Below, one piece after another: positions 9,707 through 20,588 of a stretch of 64,000 bases of DNA. The translations under genes and the position numbers were made by a program. The notes under the pieces are model-generated. The model saw nothing but the letters and a program-made list of their open reading frames with translations, had not been told where the DNA came from and searched no databases. The DNA lies in assembly GCA_002709915.1 (NCBI GenBank), contig PARF01000060.1, positions 45,414-109,413 of the forward strand, in the 5' to 3' direction. Within the stretch, counting starts at the first letter, position 1; each line of letters opens with the position of its first letter. The stretch comes from Roseibacillus sp. (GTDB taxonomy: Bacteria > Verrucomicrobiota > Verrucomicrobiia > Verrucomicrobiales > Akkermansiaceae).

Positions 9707-10933
9707 TTACCGAGAAGCCCCCCCCTCAGGAGCAATTCCTTCGGGCATCACACCTCCCTCTGCTGCCTCTACGGCTTCTTTAAGCTCTTGCTCGTCCTCG
9801 AAGTGCTCGCGCTTTTCCTTCCCGATGGCGACCGCTATCCAGCGAAATTCATAGCTGTTCTCCATTATTACTTTCAACATCATCATGATTGGGACTGCCA
9901 GGAACATACCCACCGGCCCCCAAACCCAGCCCCAGAACATTACAGAAACGATCACAACCAGAGTCGAGATACCAAAACGCCGCCCCATCATCATTGGCTC
10001 CACGAAATTTCCCAGAAAGATATTGATCGCAATGTAGCCGATCCCAACCGCCAGAGCACTCGGCCACCCCATTAGCACAAGAGCAAGAATCGTGGGAGGA
10101 ATTCCGGCAAGAATGGACCCCATGACCGGTATGTAATTTAAAGCCCAGGCAAGAATCCCCCAGAGAATAAAAAAATCAAGACCGGCCGCCCAGCAAAGAA
10201 ACCCTGCGAGAAATCCCGTGGCCAGACTTACCATGGTCTTGATCCCAAGAAATCTCTGGATGTCTTTTCCCGCGTGCAACATCCGCTCGAAGTTCGGTCC
10301 GCGGGCCTCTCCGATTAAACTCAATCGCCTCCCGAACATACGGGCTTCGGTCAACATGAAGACAGTACACAGAACTACTATGAATGCAGAGCCCAAGAAA
10401 GAGGTCACCCGACCAACAACATTAGTCCCCAGTCCCACAATATCCTCAACCTTGATGCTGCTGAGCTGCTGAGTCAGGTCTTCCGTGACATAGGCTCGGA
10501 CATTTTTACGCGCCTCCAGCTCCGGTATGTCTGACCACTTCACAATTGTAGCCACGGCCCAATCCTCCGCCTGCTTGAGCTTCTCGGTACTTTCTACCTG
10601 ATACTTACTTTCCCACTTTTCCTGCAGGTCGCCAATCAAGGTCATCCCAATGAAGACCACCCCTGCAAGAAAGGCGAAGTCCACGAGGACTGTCGTTATA
10701 ACAGCAAAAAAACGGGGCACTTTGTGGCGCCTCAGCCACGCTGTGATCGGAAAACTCACAGTTGCTATGAACAGCGCGAGAAGGAATGGGACAAAGAACT
10801 TCCCCGCCGCCTTTAAGCCAGCAACCACTACCACTATGGTAGCGAGAATCAGCAGGGTTCGAATCCCCGCGTCTATGTTGCGTCTTCCTGTCACTTCACC
10901 TTTGTTGAGAAATTGGTGGGTCTTTCCTGCCAA
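9707..10933 (-). CDS. AI-2E family transporter (PerM/UPF0118)
   Basis: 408 aa, polytopic, with the typical FFVPFLLALFIA.. and LNYIPVMGSILAGIPP.. segments. TTG start. Confidence 0.75.
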   Translation of the reverse strand: MAGKTHQFLNKGEVTGRRNIDAGIRTLLILATIVVVVAGLKAAGKFFVPFLLALFIATVSFPITAWLRRHKVPRFFAVITTVLVDFAFLAGVVFIGMTLIGDLQEKWESKYQVESTEKLKQAEDWAVATIVKWSDIPELEARKNVRAYVTEDLTQQLSSIKVEDIVGLGTNVVGRVTSFLGSAFIVVLCTVFMLTEARMFGRRLSLIGEARGPNFERMLHAGKDIQRFLGIKTMVSLATGFLAGFLCWAAGLDFFILWGILAWALNYIPVMGSILAGIPPTILALVLMGWPSALAVGIGYIAINIFLGNFVEPMMMGRRFGISTLVVIVSVMFWGWVWGPVGMFLAVPIMMMLKVIMENSYEFRWIAVAIGKEKREHFEDEQELKEAVEAAEGGVMPEGIAPEGGASR

Positions 10934-11126
10934 ATTCTAGTCCAAGTTGCCCTCTCGCTCAAAGAATTCATTCAGGGATCGTGAAGTTTTTCTCTTCGGT
11001 TACCCACTTCAGGGCTGGAGGCAGAGAAAAATACTCCAGAGCGCCACTCTAAAAACGAACTTTCTTCCGAAAGGAGCCCCGAAAACCTGACTCAGGTAGA
11101 AAATGGCATCAACTCATTCGCTGTTT

Positions 11127-11684
11127 CTAGCAAAAAAGCTTCATCGCGAGCTGCATCGCCTTACCGTGGGGCATCCCGGCTACTCGCTCAGACATTTTTG
11201 AGACAAAGCGCACGAACTCTTCCAGAGACTTCATTTGCTCGTTAAAAGCCCGGCCACCTGCGCTCTTCATGCCTTGGCTGTCAGCCTGACATCCCTCAAG
11301 AAGATTGAGAGCCGGATCAATTTCCCTCTTTTTTCGCTCACGGACAATCCGACGAAAAATCTCCCAGACGTCTAGCTCGGCCTCAAAATACTCTTTCCGC
11401 TCTCCCTTTCGGGTTACGATCCTCAACAACCCCCAATTCACCAGCTCCTTCAAATTAGTATGGGCGTTTCCCCGGCTGATACTCAGCTCCTCCATGACTT
11501 CGTCTGTGCTCATGGCCTCCGGACTGGTCATGAGTAACGCATGAATCTGGGCCATGGTACGATTGATCCCCCATTGAGTTCCCATGACCCCCCACTGGGA
11601 GACAAACTTTTCCTTAAGTCCCTCCAAATCCACTTCCTCTTTTTTCATATATTTCAGTATTTGTCGAAAATGAGGTCGGCGCAA
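11127..11684 (-). CDS. GbsR/MarR-family winged-helix transcriptional regulator
   Basis: The pattern WGINRTMAQIHALLMTSPEAMSTDEVMEELSISRGNAHTNLKELVNWGLLRIV..GERKEYFEA matches the GbsR-type wHTH. An alternative start is at 11648. Confidence 0.65.
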   Translation of the reverse strand: MRRPHFRQILKYMKKEEVDLEGLKEKFVSQWGVMGTQWGINRTMAQIHALLMTSPEAMSTDEVMEELSISRGNAHTNLKELVNWGLLRIVTRKGERKEYFEAELDVWEIFRRIVRERKKREIDPALNLLEGCQADSQGMKSAGGRAFNEQMKSLEEFVRFVSKMSERVAGMPHGKAMQLAMKLFC

Positions 11685-11722
11685 GGCAATACCCTTAAAG
11701 ATGCTTCAGACCACTTCAAGCA

Positions 11723-12661
11723 TTAGGCCGTGCCACCACTGTTACCAAATCGCGCACCCACGGCAACAAGAGCTGCTCCTGCCAACATACATCCTAAAGC
11801 GACCCAAGTAGACTCTGTTCCTACGTCAGGTAGGAACCAACCGGTAAATCCGGCTATTTTTTCCGTCTCCTCGCCTTCATGAATAAACCTCTCTGTGATT
11901 GTGATTTTCCAGGGCCAAATCACAACAAGCGATCCTCCAACGAACCCTGTAATCAGAGCCATGGTGAGGTCATGGGCCCTCCGAAAGAGCCAGCTCAGGA
12001 GACGAGATAGTAATATTAATCCTGCTACTCCACCTATGAGAAAGGGGATCAGGATATTCAAAGCCCTTCCTACTTCTCCTCCAGTGAGACTGTTAACTGC
12101 ATCAACCATGACAAGTCTGTATCCTCCCATGAGAAGGAGAACAAATGATCCACTGAGGCCGGGTATGATCATACTGCAGACGGCTACCGCACCACACAGG
12201 ACAAGATAGATGATATTGTCACTCCCGCTGGCTGGCTGCAAAAACGCTACCGCGCCTCCAGTTCCAAGCCCAGCCACTAACCCGGCTACAGGGCCGAGGG
12301 TCCACCCTTTTACACGAGCCCCCAGCGACGGAATAGAAGCAACTATCAATCCAAAGAAAAACGCCCAGACCAAGACCGGGTGACAGTCAAAACCCCACTC
12401 CAGCAGCCGGGCCATAGTAACTATGCTCACAACCAAGCCGATTCCAATTCCGAGGAGAAAACGACCATCTACGCGTTCCCACGCTCCTCGAAAATTTAGT
12501 CTCAACAATAAACGGGCCGTTGTCCCATCAAACCTGTTCAGAGCCTCGATCAGGCGCTCATAGACCCCGGTGATTACTGCAATTGTTCCCCCTGAAACAC
12601 CGGGGATGACATTCGCGGACCCAATCGCGAAACCCTTCAGAACAAGACCAATTTTAAACAT
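11723..12661 (-). CDS. DUF368 family membrane protein (family implicated in undecaprenyl-phosphate translocation)
   Basis: Carries the motif KGFAIGSANVIPGVSGGTIAVITGVYERLI, and a second half-repeat MIIPGLSGSFVLLLMG. Confidence 0.75.
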   Translation of the reverse strand: MFKIGLVLKGFAIGSANVIPGVSGGTIAVITGVYERLIEALNRFDGTTARLLLRLNFRGAWERVDGRFLLGIGIGLVVSIVTMARLLEWGFDCHPVLVWAFFFGLIVASIPSLGARVKGWTLGPVAGLVAGLGTGGAVAFLQPASGSDNIIYLVLCGAVAVCSMIIPGLSGSFVLLLMGGYRLVMVDAVNSLTGGEVGRALNILIPFLIGGVAGLILLSRLLSWLFRRAHDLTMALITGFVGGSLVVIWPWKITITERFIHEGEETEKIAGFTGWFLPDVGTESTWVALGCMLAGAALVAVGARFGNSGGTA

Positions 12662-12733
12662 GGCGCCAATCTCCAGTCGGTATTGTCATTCGCGAACACA
12701 TGGAAATTTTAGCCGCCCTGCAGCCAGCGCCCT

Positions 12734-14308
12734 CTACAATTCAAGAAGAAGACTGGCAGGATTCTCGAGGCACTCTTTCACCTTGATTAGAAACGTCACG
12801 GCCTCCTTTCCATCAACCATGCGATGATCATAACTCAGCGCCAGATACATCATGGGGCGGATCTCAACCTTGCCGTCAACGGCCACCGGACGTTCTTGTA
12901 TGGTATGCATCCCGAGAATTCCACTCTGTGGCGGATTGAGAATCGGAGTGCTCAAAAGCGACCCATAGATTCCCCCATTTGAAATCGTGAAACCCCCACC
13001 CCTCAAATCCTCGAGCTGTATCTTGCCCACCCTTGCACGCTCGGCGTAATCGAGAATATCCTGTTCAATTTGCGGGCAGTCCTTTGCCTCTGCATCCCGG
13101 ATCACTGGAACAACAAGACCTTTTTCGGTGCCGACCGCGATACCAATATCGTAAAAATGGTTCTCGATAATTTCCTGCCCTTCAATTCTTCCATTCAACG
13201 AGGGAACTTCTCTCAGAGCGTGCACCACCGCTTTCACGAAGAGAGACATGAATCCCAACTTGACCCCGTACTTTTCGAGGAAGCTTTCCTGAACTGTTTT
13301 GCGGAGTTGCATCACTGCGGACATATCGACCTCATTGAATGTCGTCAGGATCGCAGCCGTTTGCTGAGCGTTTACAAGCTGGGTCGCAATTTTTCTTCGC
13401 AGGGGAGTCATACGACGCCTCGTGGTGCGACCTCCATCCAAATCAGGCAAATCCCCTAACTCACTGTGCGTTCTTTCGCCTCGGCTGCTCCCCTCCCCCT
13501 GCGCGTTCTTTCTCGGCACAAGAGAAGAAGATAGCAGGGCCGCAGCCGCCGAGGAGGCACCCCGGGCATCTGATTCCACTACTGAGGAACTCTGCTGCTG
13601 CTCCGGCTGATTCGAGATCAGCTTTTCTGGCTCACTAGCTGCTGATTCATCTGAAGGCACATTCCCGTCGGCAGGTGGCACAACTCCTACTGTGACTGTG
13701 CCGATCACAGCGCCGATGGAAACCTCCATCCCCTCTGGGGAGAGGATATTCAGAAGTCCCGGTGATTCTGCGTCGATTTCTGCAGAAACCTTATCGGTCT
13801 CGAGAGTAACCAGAGTATCTCCAGCCTCCACATTTTCTCCGTCCCTCTTGTGCCATTGCGCGATTGTGGCTGATGCGATTGATTCCCCAGCCGCGGGTAC
13901 CTTGATGGCAATAATTTCCGGGCCCTCATCCAAAGCGGTGAACCCAAAGGGTTCCGACTGATCACCCTCTGGATCTTCGGCACTCACCACTGCGTCAGCA
14001 GCCACCTCCCCGGGCAAGTTGGCTTCGCCCGGACCTGATTGGACGGAAACACTTGGGTCCGCCTCAACCTCCGCTATTTCGGTTATTTCTGCAATAACCG
14101 TGCCAATTGCCACCTCTTCTCCCTCTTGAACAACAATCTGAATAACACCGTCAACAGGTGCCTCAAGCTCGCTGGACACCTTATCTGTTTCGATCGTCGC
14201 GAGGACCTCTCCCTTTGCTACCTGTTCCCCATCCGACTTGTGCCACTGCCCTACCGTCGCCGTATTTATGGACTCACCGGCAGCAGGAATTTTGACTTCA
14301 AGGGCCAT
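12734..14308 (-). CDS. sucB: 2-oxoglutarate dehydrogenase E2, dihydrolipoyllysine succinyltransferase, with two lipoyl domains
   Basis: Two ETDKV lipoyl-attachment motifs, a low-complexity linker, and a C-terminal catalytic domain ending in [11 protein letters not shown]. It lies directly downstream of sucA. Confidence 0.85.
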   Translation of the reverse strand: MALEVKIPAAGESINTATVGQWHKSDGEQVAKGEVLATIETDKVSSELEAPVDGVIQIVVQEGEEVAIGTVIAEITEIAEVEADPSVSVQSGPGEANLPGEVAADAVVSAEDPEGDQSEPFGFTALDEGPEIIAIKVPAAGESIASATIAQWHKRDGENVEAGDTLVTLETDKVSAEIDAESPGLLNILSPEGMEVSIGAVIGTVTVGVVPPADGNVPSDESAASEPEKLISNQPEQQQSSSVVESDARGASSAAAALLSSSLVPRKNAQGEGSSRGERTHSELGDLPDLDGGRTTRRRMTPLRRKIATQLVNAQQTAAILTTFNEVDMSAVMQLRKTVQESFLEKYGVKLGFMSLFVKAVVHALREVPSLNGRIEGQEIIENHFYDIGIAVGTEKGLVVPVIRDAEAKDCPQIEQDILDYAERARVGKIQLEDLRGGGFTISNGGIYGSLLSTPILNPPQSGILGMHTIQERPVAVDGKVEIRPMMYLALSYDHRMVDGKEAVTFLIKVKECLENPASLLLEL

Positions 14309-14340
14309 TGTTCAAGTAGGTCTGGGCTACGCTTCTTTTC

Positions 14341-17151
14341 TTACACGGAGAACGCTTTTTCCACGAGCATCTTCTGCTCCCGCAGGTGCATTGCCTTCGA
14401 TCCCGCCGCCGGACTTGAAGCCCTGTCTCTTCCTGCATAACGCACCCGACCAGTCCCTACGCACTGCTCAAGCCGCGACCATATGTAAGACCAGGCTCCC
14501 ATGTTAAGAGGCTCCTCCTGGCACCAGACGAATGCCTCCGCACGCTGGAAGGGCTCAATCAGCTTCTTAACCATATCCCCATGGAAAGGATAAAGCTGCT
14601 CAATCCGGATAATTGCGGTATGGTTGAGATCGTTCTCCTTCCGATGCTGTATGAGGTCGTAGTAGACCTTCCCCGAACAGAACACAACGCGGTCAATCTT
14701 CTCGAGGTCGAGCTCTTCAACTTGCGGATCCTGCAAGATCTCTTGAAAACACTCACCCTCAAGAAAATCCTCTTCCTGGGAAACTGCCTCCGGCCTTGTG
14801 AGCAGGCTCTTGGGCGTCATGAGGACAAGGGGCTTCAAAAAGCTCCGATGCTTCTGCCGCCTCAAAATATGGAAATATTGCGCGGGTGTAGACAGATTGG
14901 CCACAGTCATGTTTTTTTCGGCGCAAAGCTGTAGAAATCGCTCAAGACGCGCACTGCTATGCTCAGGCCCCATGCCCTCATAACCATGTGGCAACAGCAT
15001 CACTACGCTGCTGGGCACCTGCCACTTCGATTCTGCAGAAGAAATAAACTGGTCTATGATCACCTGGGCTCCATTCGCAAAGTCACCGAATTGAGCTTCC
15101 CACATGATCAGCATCTGGGGACAGCCCAGAGAGTAGCCGTAATCAAAACCAAGTACCGCAGCCTCTGAAAGAAGACTGTTGTAGACACAGAATTTGGCCT
15201 GTTGCGAATCGATGTGGTAAAGAGGTATGTGACGGTCACGGCTTTCGTAATCGTAAAAAACCGCATGGCGCTGACTAAAGGTTCCCCTACGACAGTCCTG
15301 TCCCGAGAGCCTTACCGGGTAGCCTTCCTTCAAGAGAGCTCCCCACGCCAGAGACTCCGCAAACGCCCAGTCGAATGGACCGCCATTTTTCAATGCATCC
15401 ACACGCCGCGGCATGAATCGTTTGGCCAGGGTCGGGTGCAGCTTAAAGCCCTCGGGCACGGAAGTAAGAACGCTTCCAACGTGTTGTAGAAGCTTCCGTG
15501 TGATACCCGTGGGAACCGGGTCATGATTGAAGCGTTCCTGAGCCTTGGCCGTGGATCCCGTGTAGATACTTCGGCTACCCTCTTCCTCAAGACGCTTCAT
15601 CTCATCATATTCGGACTCAAAGCGACTCCATATCTCATCGTGCCCGGCCTGTACCTCCTCGGCACTCATGACACCGGTTTCAATCAATTCATCAGCATAG
15701 AGCTTTCCGAGTGGCTTTCTCTTGGAGATCTGTCGGTAAATATGAGGCTGGGTGAAGGCCGCTTGATCGGTTTCGTTGTGACCTTGCCGACGGTAGCAAT
15801 ACATGTCGATCACCACGTCTCGGCCAAACTTCTGGCGGAAGGCGAACGCAAATTCTGCAGCCCAGACCAACTCCATTGGGCGCTCCCCGTTAACGTGCAA
15901 AATGGGAGCTTCAATCATCTTGGCCACATCTGTGGCATAGGAAGAGGACCGCGCATCAGACGGCATGGTCGTGAAACCTATCTGGTTATTGATAATGACA
16001 TGCACTGTTCCTCCCGTCCGATACCCGGGAAGCTGAGAAAGATTGAGCACCTCAGCAACCGATCCCTGTCCCGCAAACGCTGCATCCCCGTGAATCAGGA
16101 GAGGAAGGACCTGCTTGCGGTCTGTCTTTGCTCCATCATCGCCTAGAATCCTTTGTCGGGCTCTTGCCTTCCCCTCTACCACCGCATTGACCGCCTCAAG
16201 GTGACTAGGGTTTGCCGCCAGGCTGACCCGCACCTCTCCATCGGGGAAACTTCGAACATTGTCATAGCCGAGGTGGTATTTGACATCTCCGTCACCTGCT
16301 ACCAGGTCGGGAACATAATTGGGCGTGAATTCGTAGAGAATAGTCCGGAGGGATTTACGAACAATCTGCCCGAGGACATTCAATCGCCCACGGTGAGCCA
16401 TACCCATGGTTACCTCCTTGACGCCCACGCCAGGAGACATCTCAAGAATTCGATTGAGAATTACCATCAAGCCCTCTCCGCCCTCCAGAGAAAATCGTTT
16501 CTCTCCCAAAAACTTTTTCCCGATGAACGATTCAAAGAGCTCTGCTTCAAAAATCCAGCTCAGAGCCTTCTCCTTCATTTCGCGAGAAGAAGTATCCTCG
16601 GTGACTCGCTGTTCGATCTTTTCGCGGATCCAGTTACGCACCTCCGTATTGTGGATATGCATGAACTCAAACCCGATCGATCCTGAATAGGTCGCATCCA
16701 GACCGGAGATCATTTCACCCAATTCCATTTCCGCCCCATTTCGGAAGAACTGGGTGGATACCCTTCGACCAAGATCCTTCTCCTCAAAACCGAATTTGAT
16801 GGGATCTAACCGGGGATTTCGTTTCGGTGAGTCATCGAGAGGGTTAATATGTGCCTGAGTGTGCCCGAGAGTTCTGTAGTTGTAGACGAGACTCACCAAC
16901 CTTCCTCGAAAGGCTGAATGCACTGAGTCAGGCAGGGCCTCCGAATCCTCTTCCCGCTCACTCTCACTCTTGGTCGTGGCGGTGCCGCTCCGGTCGGCAT
17001 CGCCCAGCTCCTCAAGCTGCGCAGTTCCCAGTTCAAAGCCTTCGAAAAACGCAGCCCAAGCCGGCTCGATACCAGTAGGGTCCTCAAGCCAGCGCTCATA
17101 ATTCGCTTCAAGCAGATTAGCGCTCATGCGGGCGGTGACGGATGAGTTCAT
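14341..17151 (-). CDS. sucA: 2-oxoglutarate dehydrogenase E1 component
   Basis: 936 aa. N-terminus NANYLEANYERWLEDP-like, thiamine-diphosphate region (GMAHRGRLNVL, HGDAAFAGQG), C-terminal QEEPLNMGAW. Confidence 0.9.
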   Translation of the reverse strand: MNSSVTARMSANLLEANYERWLEDPTGIEPAWAAFFEGFELGTAQLEELGDADRSGTATTKSESEREEDSEALPDSVHSAFRGRLVSLVYNYRTLGHTQAHINPLDDSPKRNPRLDPIKFGFEEKDLGRRVSTQFFRNGAEMELGEMISGLDATYSGSIGFEFMHIHNTEVRNWIREKIEQRVTEDTSSREMKEKALSWIFEAELFESFIGKKFLGEKRFSLEGGEGLMVILNRILEMSPGVGVKEVTMGMAHRGRLNVLGQIVRKSLRTILYEFTPNYVPDLVAGDGDVKYHLGYDNVRSFPDGEVRVSLAANPSHLEAVNAVVEGKARARQRILGDDGAKTDRKQVLPLLIHGDAAFAGQGSVAEVLNLSQLPGYRTGGTVHVIINNQIGFTTMPSDARSSSYATDVAKMIEAPILHVNGERPMELVWAAEFAFAFRQKFGRDVVIDMYCYRRQGHNETDQAAFTQPHIYRQISKRKPLGKLYADELIETGVMSAEEVQAGHDEIWSRFESEYDEMKRLEEEGSRSIYTGSTAKAQERFNHDPVPTGITRKLLQHVGSVLTSVPEGFKLHPTLAKRFMPRRVDALKNGGPFDWAFAESLAWGALLKEGYPVRLSGQDCRRGTFSQRHAVFYDYESRDRHIPLYHIDSQQAKFCVYNSLLSEAAVLGFDYGYSLGCPQMLIMWEAQFGDFANGAQVIIDQFISSAESKWQVPSSVVMLLPHGYEGMGPEHSSARLERFLQLCAEKNMTVANLSTPAQYFHILRRQKHRSFLKPLVLMTPKSLLTRPEAVSQEEDFLEGECFQEILQDPQVEELDLEKIDRVVFCSGKVYYDLIQHRKENDLNHTAIIRIEQLYPFHGDMVKKLIEPFQRAEAFVWCQEEPLNMGAWSYIWSRLEQCVGTGRVRYAGRDRASSPAAGSKAMHLREQKMLVEKAFSV

Positions 17152-17283
17152 CGAGCGTGACCAGAGGGAATTCGCGGACGGTTCTCAGAGTTTTCTTCCT
17201 TGGTGCCGGCCACGTTTCGTTCTAGTTAAGTGCTCCGCCCCGGAGAGTCAATCGCACATGCAAACCGACTCTCAACACCCAAG

Positions 17284-18216
17284 ATGATCAAGGTTGATAA
17301 TCTCACCAAACGCTTCGGCCGACATTCCGCTGTATCAGGCGCCTCATTCGAGGCTGCGGACGGAGAAGTGGTCGGCTTCCTGGGCCCAAATGGTGCCGGA
17401 AAGACCACCACAATCCGCATCTTGACCGGGTTTCTGCCCGCAACCAGCGGGACCGCCACCGTGGACGGGTTGGACGTCAGCGAACACCCCGTGGAAACCC
17501 GCCGCCGCATAGGCTACCTTCCCGAATCCGTCCCATTATACCGGGACATGCGAATACGTGAATATTTGCGCTTTCGCGGTCATATTAAAGGCCTAAGGGG
17601 AGATTCCCTTCGCCGGCGTATGGATGAGGTCATCGAGCGATGCGGTCTGGGAGAGGTTCGGCGTAAGATGATAAAGACGCTTTCCAAGGGGTATCGTCAG
17701 CGGGTCGGACTGGCCGACGCTCTCATTCACGATCCACCCCTGCTCATCCTTGACGAACCCACGAACGGCCTCGACCCCAACCAGATTCGATCTATTCGAA
17801 ACCTCATAAAGGAGCTTGGAGAATCTCACACTATCCTTCTTTCCACACATATTCTGAGCGAGGTGGAAATGATCTGTGACAAAATCGTGATTATCGATGG
17901 AGGAACTGTCCTTGCCTCGGACACTCCCTCCAATCTCGTTTCGACAATGCGCAGTGCCGGCCGCATCTCCATCGAGCTGAAGGCTGAGCCCCGCATAGCT
18001 CAGGAGAAAATGAGCTCGCTCGATCAAGTCAAGAAGGTCACTCACGAGCGGGATCGCGGGAGCTGGGGAGAGTTCTCCATTCTTGTCGAATCCGGAACCG
18101 ATACCCGCGAGCGCCTTGCAGACCTCGCCCGGAAAGAAGGTTGGCCACTCCGCAGTTTGCATCGCCACGCGGCGACGCTGGAGGATGTTTTTGTCGAACT
18201 TACGCGGAAGGACTGA
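17284..18216 (+). CDS. ABC transporter ATP-binding protein (ABC-2/GldA-like)
   Basis: Walker A GPNGAGKTT, signature LSKGYRQRV, Walker B LLILDEP. ATG 17284 is preferred over the longer ORF start. Confidence 0.85.
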   Translation: MIKVDNLTKRFGRHSAVSGASFEAADGEVVGFLGPNGAGKTTTIRILTGFLPATSGTATVDGLDVSEHPVETRRRIGYLPESVPLYRDMRIREYLRFRGHIKGLRGDSLRRRMDEVIERCGLGEVRRKMIKTLSKGYRQRVGLADALIHDPPLLILDEPTNGLDPNQIRSIRNLIKELGESHTILLSTHILSEVEMICDKIVIIDGGTVLASDTPSNLVSTMRSAGRISIELKAEPRIAQEKMSSLDQVKKVTHERDRGSWGEFSILVESGTDTRERLADLARKEGWPLRSLHRHAATLEDVFVELTRKD

Positions 18217-18217
18217 G

Positions 18218-18970
18218 ATGGCTAACGTTCTGATCATTCTCCGCAAGGAGTTACGCGGCTTCTTGCAGAGTCCATTTGGCTGGATTCTTTTATCCTTAGT
18301 GACTGTTATGCAGGGCTGGTCAATCTCCAGCGCAATGAAAGCCCTTCAGGACGCCCCTATCCCGGAGAGCTTGGTCTACATTGTATTCCACATGCCTCAG
18401 TTCTGGTTCTACTTCCTTGCTCTCTTTCCGCTAATTACGATGCGCCTCTTTGCCGAAGAGGAGCGGGCAGGAACTCTTGAAACTCTCCTGACTGCACCTG
18501 TGCAGACTACACAACTCGTGTTTGGAAAATACCTTGCTACCCTCTGCTTCTACCTCGTTCTCTGGGTTCCAAGTTTCCTCCAATTCCAAATTTTTGGCCT
18601 CCTGACTGATCTAGATCCACCCTTCAGCACCGGTTCTCTCGGAGGAGCGTTTTTTCTGATCCTCCTTATGGGATCCCTCTTCATTGCCATTGGCACCTTT
18701 GCCTCATCCCTGACTTCCAGTCAGATAATTGCTGGAGTGATTACGGTTGGACTGCTTTTTATCCACTACTTCCTTGGGTATATCACAGTCATCTACGGTG
18801 ATCAGTTTCCTGCAGCATCGCTGTTTCACCATATCTCTGCCAGCGAACATCTCCGCGACTTTTCACGCGGTCTGATCAGCAGTCGCACGATTATCTACTA
18901 TCTCAGTGCAACCGCCTTCGTGCTTCTTATGACTCATCACGCCCTTAACTACCGGCGCTGGAAAAGCTAA
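18218..18970 (+). CDS. ABC-2 type transporter permease (GldF-like)
   Basis: About 250 aa with 6 TM helices. Its ATG is 1 nt after the ATPase stop. Contains the EERAGTLETLLTAP motif typical of ABC-2 permeases. Confidence 0.7.
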   Translation: MANVLIILRKELRGFLQSPFGWILLSLVTVMQGWSISSAMKALQDAPIPESLVYIVFHMPQFWFYFLALFPLITMRLFAEEERAGTLETLLTAPVQTTQLVFGKYLATLCFYLVLWVPSFLQFQIFGLLTDLDPPFSTGSLGGAFFLILLMGSLFIAIGTFASSLTSSQIIAGVITVGLLFIHYFLGYITVIYGDQFPAASLFHHISASEHLRDFSRGLISSRTIIYYLSATAFVLLMTHHALNYRRWKS

Positions 18971-18985
18971 CCTCAATGATCTGTC

Positions 18986-20530
18986 ATGACTGACAAACCC
19001 GGCAAGTTCAAGGAGCAGGATCACCCATCAGGAAAGGGTCGGAAGCGTCCAAGCTCAGAGGGCGGCATGATGCTGCTGCAACTTTGCCTTTGCCTGATCA
19101 TTTTTCTCTCCCTCAATTACTTCGCCGGCAATCATCAATCCGTCTGGGACCTCAGCCAGGACAAGAATTTTTCCCTCTCCAACCAGACTCGCAGCCTGTT
19201 GCAGTCAAAGACTCTCGGCGCACGGGAGAGCCCTGTTGAAATTATCGCCGCCCTTCGCAGAAATTCTGCTCACTATGCCAGAATCTCCTCAGTGCTTGAC
19301 GCCTACGAACGCCTTAGTGAGGGCGCAATCCAAGTCCGATTGATAGATTATGTCCGCGACAGCGATGCGGCGATCGCGATCGCAGACGAATATAATACCG
19401 CCTTTGTTGAAGATACGATCATCATTAATGCCTTGCCCTCGTTCGCACGCGGCAGCAGCTCCCAGAGTCCCGAACGAAACGAAGAAGAATTACGGAAAGC
19501 CCATATTCGGTTCATTGCGGTCCAAGATATGCTGGTTTTCAGTAGCGATCAGCGAAGGGGACGACGCCTGATTGGTTATCGGGATGAGGACCAGATAACT
19601 GCCTCTCTCCGCCGCGCTCTTGAGGGCAATCCCCGACGCGTGTATTTTGTAGCCGATAAAAGTCAGATCGGAGGATCAGAGGAAGACGCCCCATGGACTT
19701 TTTTAAGCCGCACTTTTACCAGCCTTAACATCGAGATGGCGCCCTTCAGAATCTCAGGGCTCGACCAAATTCCTGATGACGCAGCCGGAGTCGCTTTAGT
19801 GGCACCCCGCTTCGACCTCAACCCTCAGGAGATGGACGTCCTCCGGAACTATTGGAAGCGTCCAAAAGCCGCCATATTCGTCGTTTTGGATCCCACCAGC
19901 AAGGAACAACCCCCCAATATTCGTGCATTCCTCAGAGAGCACGGGGTGACCCCACGAGCGGTGCGTTTGTCCACGAGCAAAGGGAGCCAGAGAGCCTTTG
20001 ATATTCCCGCAACCTTCACCAATGCCGCAGCTACCGGCGACCTTGGTAATGCCTCTACTCTGTTTGAGGGTGCCACCTCGTCGCTGGAGTTGAGAGAAAA
20101 CGCTGAAGACCTTGAACTAAGACAGATTCTTCCCCTCGCCTTGATTACCGCAGACGAGGGCGTTACTGCCCAACCACTCGACGGCTCACCCTCTGTGCCA
20201 GGACCACACTATCTTGCAGCCTCCGTTTCCCGCGGTAACGAGCGCAACGAGCAGACCGCGGAGAGCACATCCCGGATGGTCATCGTGGCCAACAAGGATT
20301 TTCTCAGACCGCGGAGCAGGCAGAAGGAGCATATAGATTTCCTGCGGAATACCAGCAACTGGCTGATTGGCCGAGAGGAACTTTCCGGAATCGGCCCAAA
20401 ACCAGTTCGCTACTACAAGCTGCTCCTTTCCTCCGAAAAAGTATCTTTCGTTAATAAGCTCAACCTGTTCTTCGTCCCAGGACTCTTTCTGCTGATCTCA
20501 CTCTTTGTCTGGAATAGTCGACGTTCATAA
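18986..20530 (+). CDS. GldG-like ABC transporter auxiliary protein
   Basis: 514 aa with N- and C-terminal TM anchors around a large soluble domain. The call rests mainly on its position after ABC-2 ATPase/permease genes, so it is context-based. Confidence 0.5.
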   Translation: MTDKPGKFKEQDHPSGKGRKRPSSEGGMMLLQLCLCLIIFLSLNYFAGNHQSVWDLSQDKNFSLSNQTRSLLQSKTLGARESPVEIIAALRRNSAHYARISSVLDAYERLSEGAIQVRLIDYVRDSDAAIAIADEYNTAFVEDTIIINALPSFARGSSSQSPERNEEELRKAHIRFIAVQDMLVFSSDQRRGRRLIGYRDEDQITASLRRALEGNPRRVYFVADKSQIGGSEEDAPWTFLSRTFTSLNIEMAPFRISGLDQIPDDAAGVALVAPRFDLNPQEMDVLRNYWKRPKAAIFVVLDPTSKEQPPNIRAFLREHGVTPRAVRLSTSKGSQRAFDIPATFTNAAATGDLGNASTLFEGATSSLELRENAEDLELRQILPLALITADEGVTAQPLDGSPSVPGPHYLAASVSRGNERNEQTAESTSRMVIVANKDFLRPRSRQKEHIDFLRNTSNWLIGREELSGIGPKPVRYYKLLLSSEKVSFVNKLNLFFVPGLFLLISLFVWNSRRS

Positions 20531-20588
20531 GGGGGAGTCAGAACTCAAAAATTGCCGCAGGCGCGCTATTTCAGTTTTTACAGGAACC

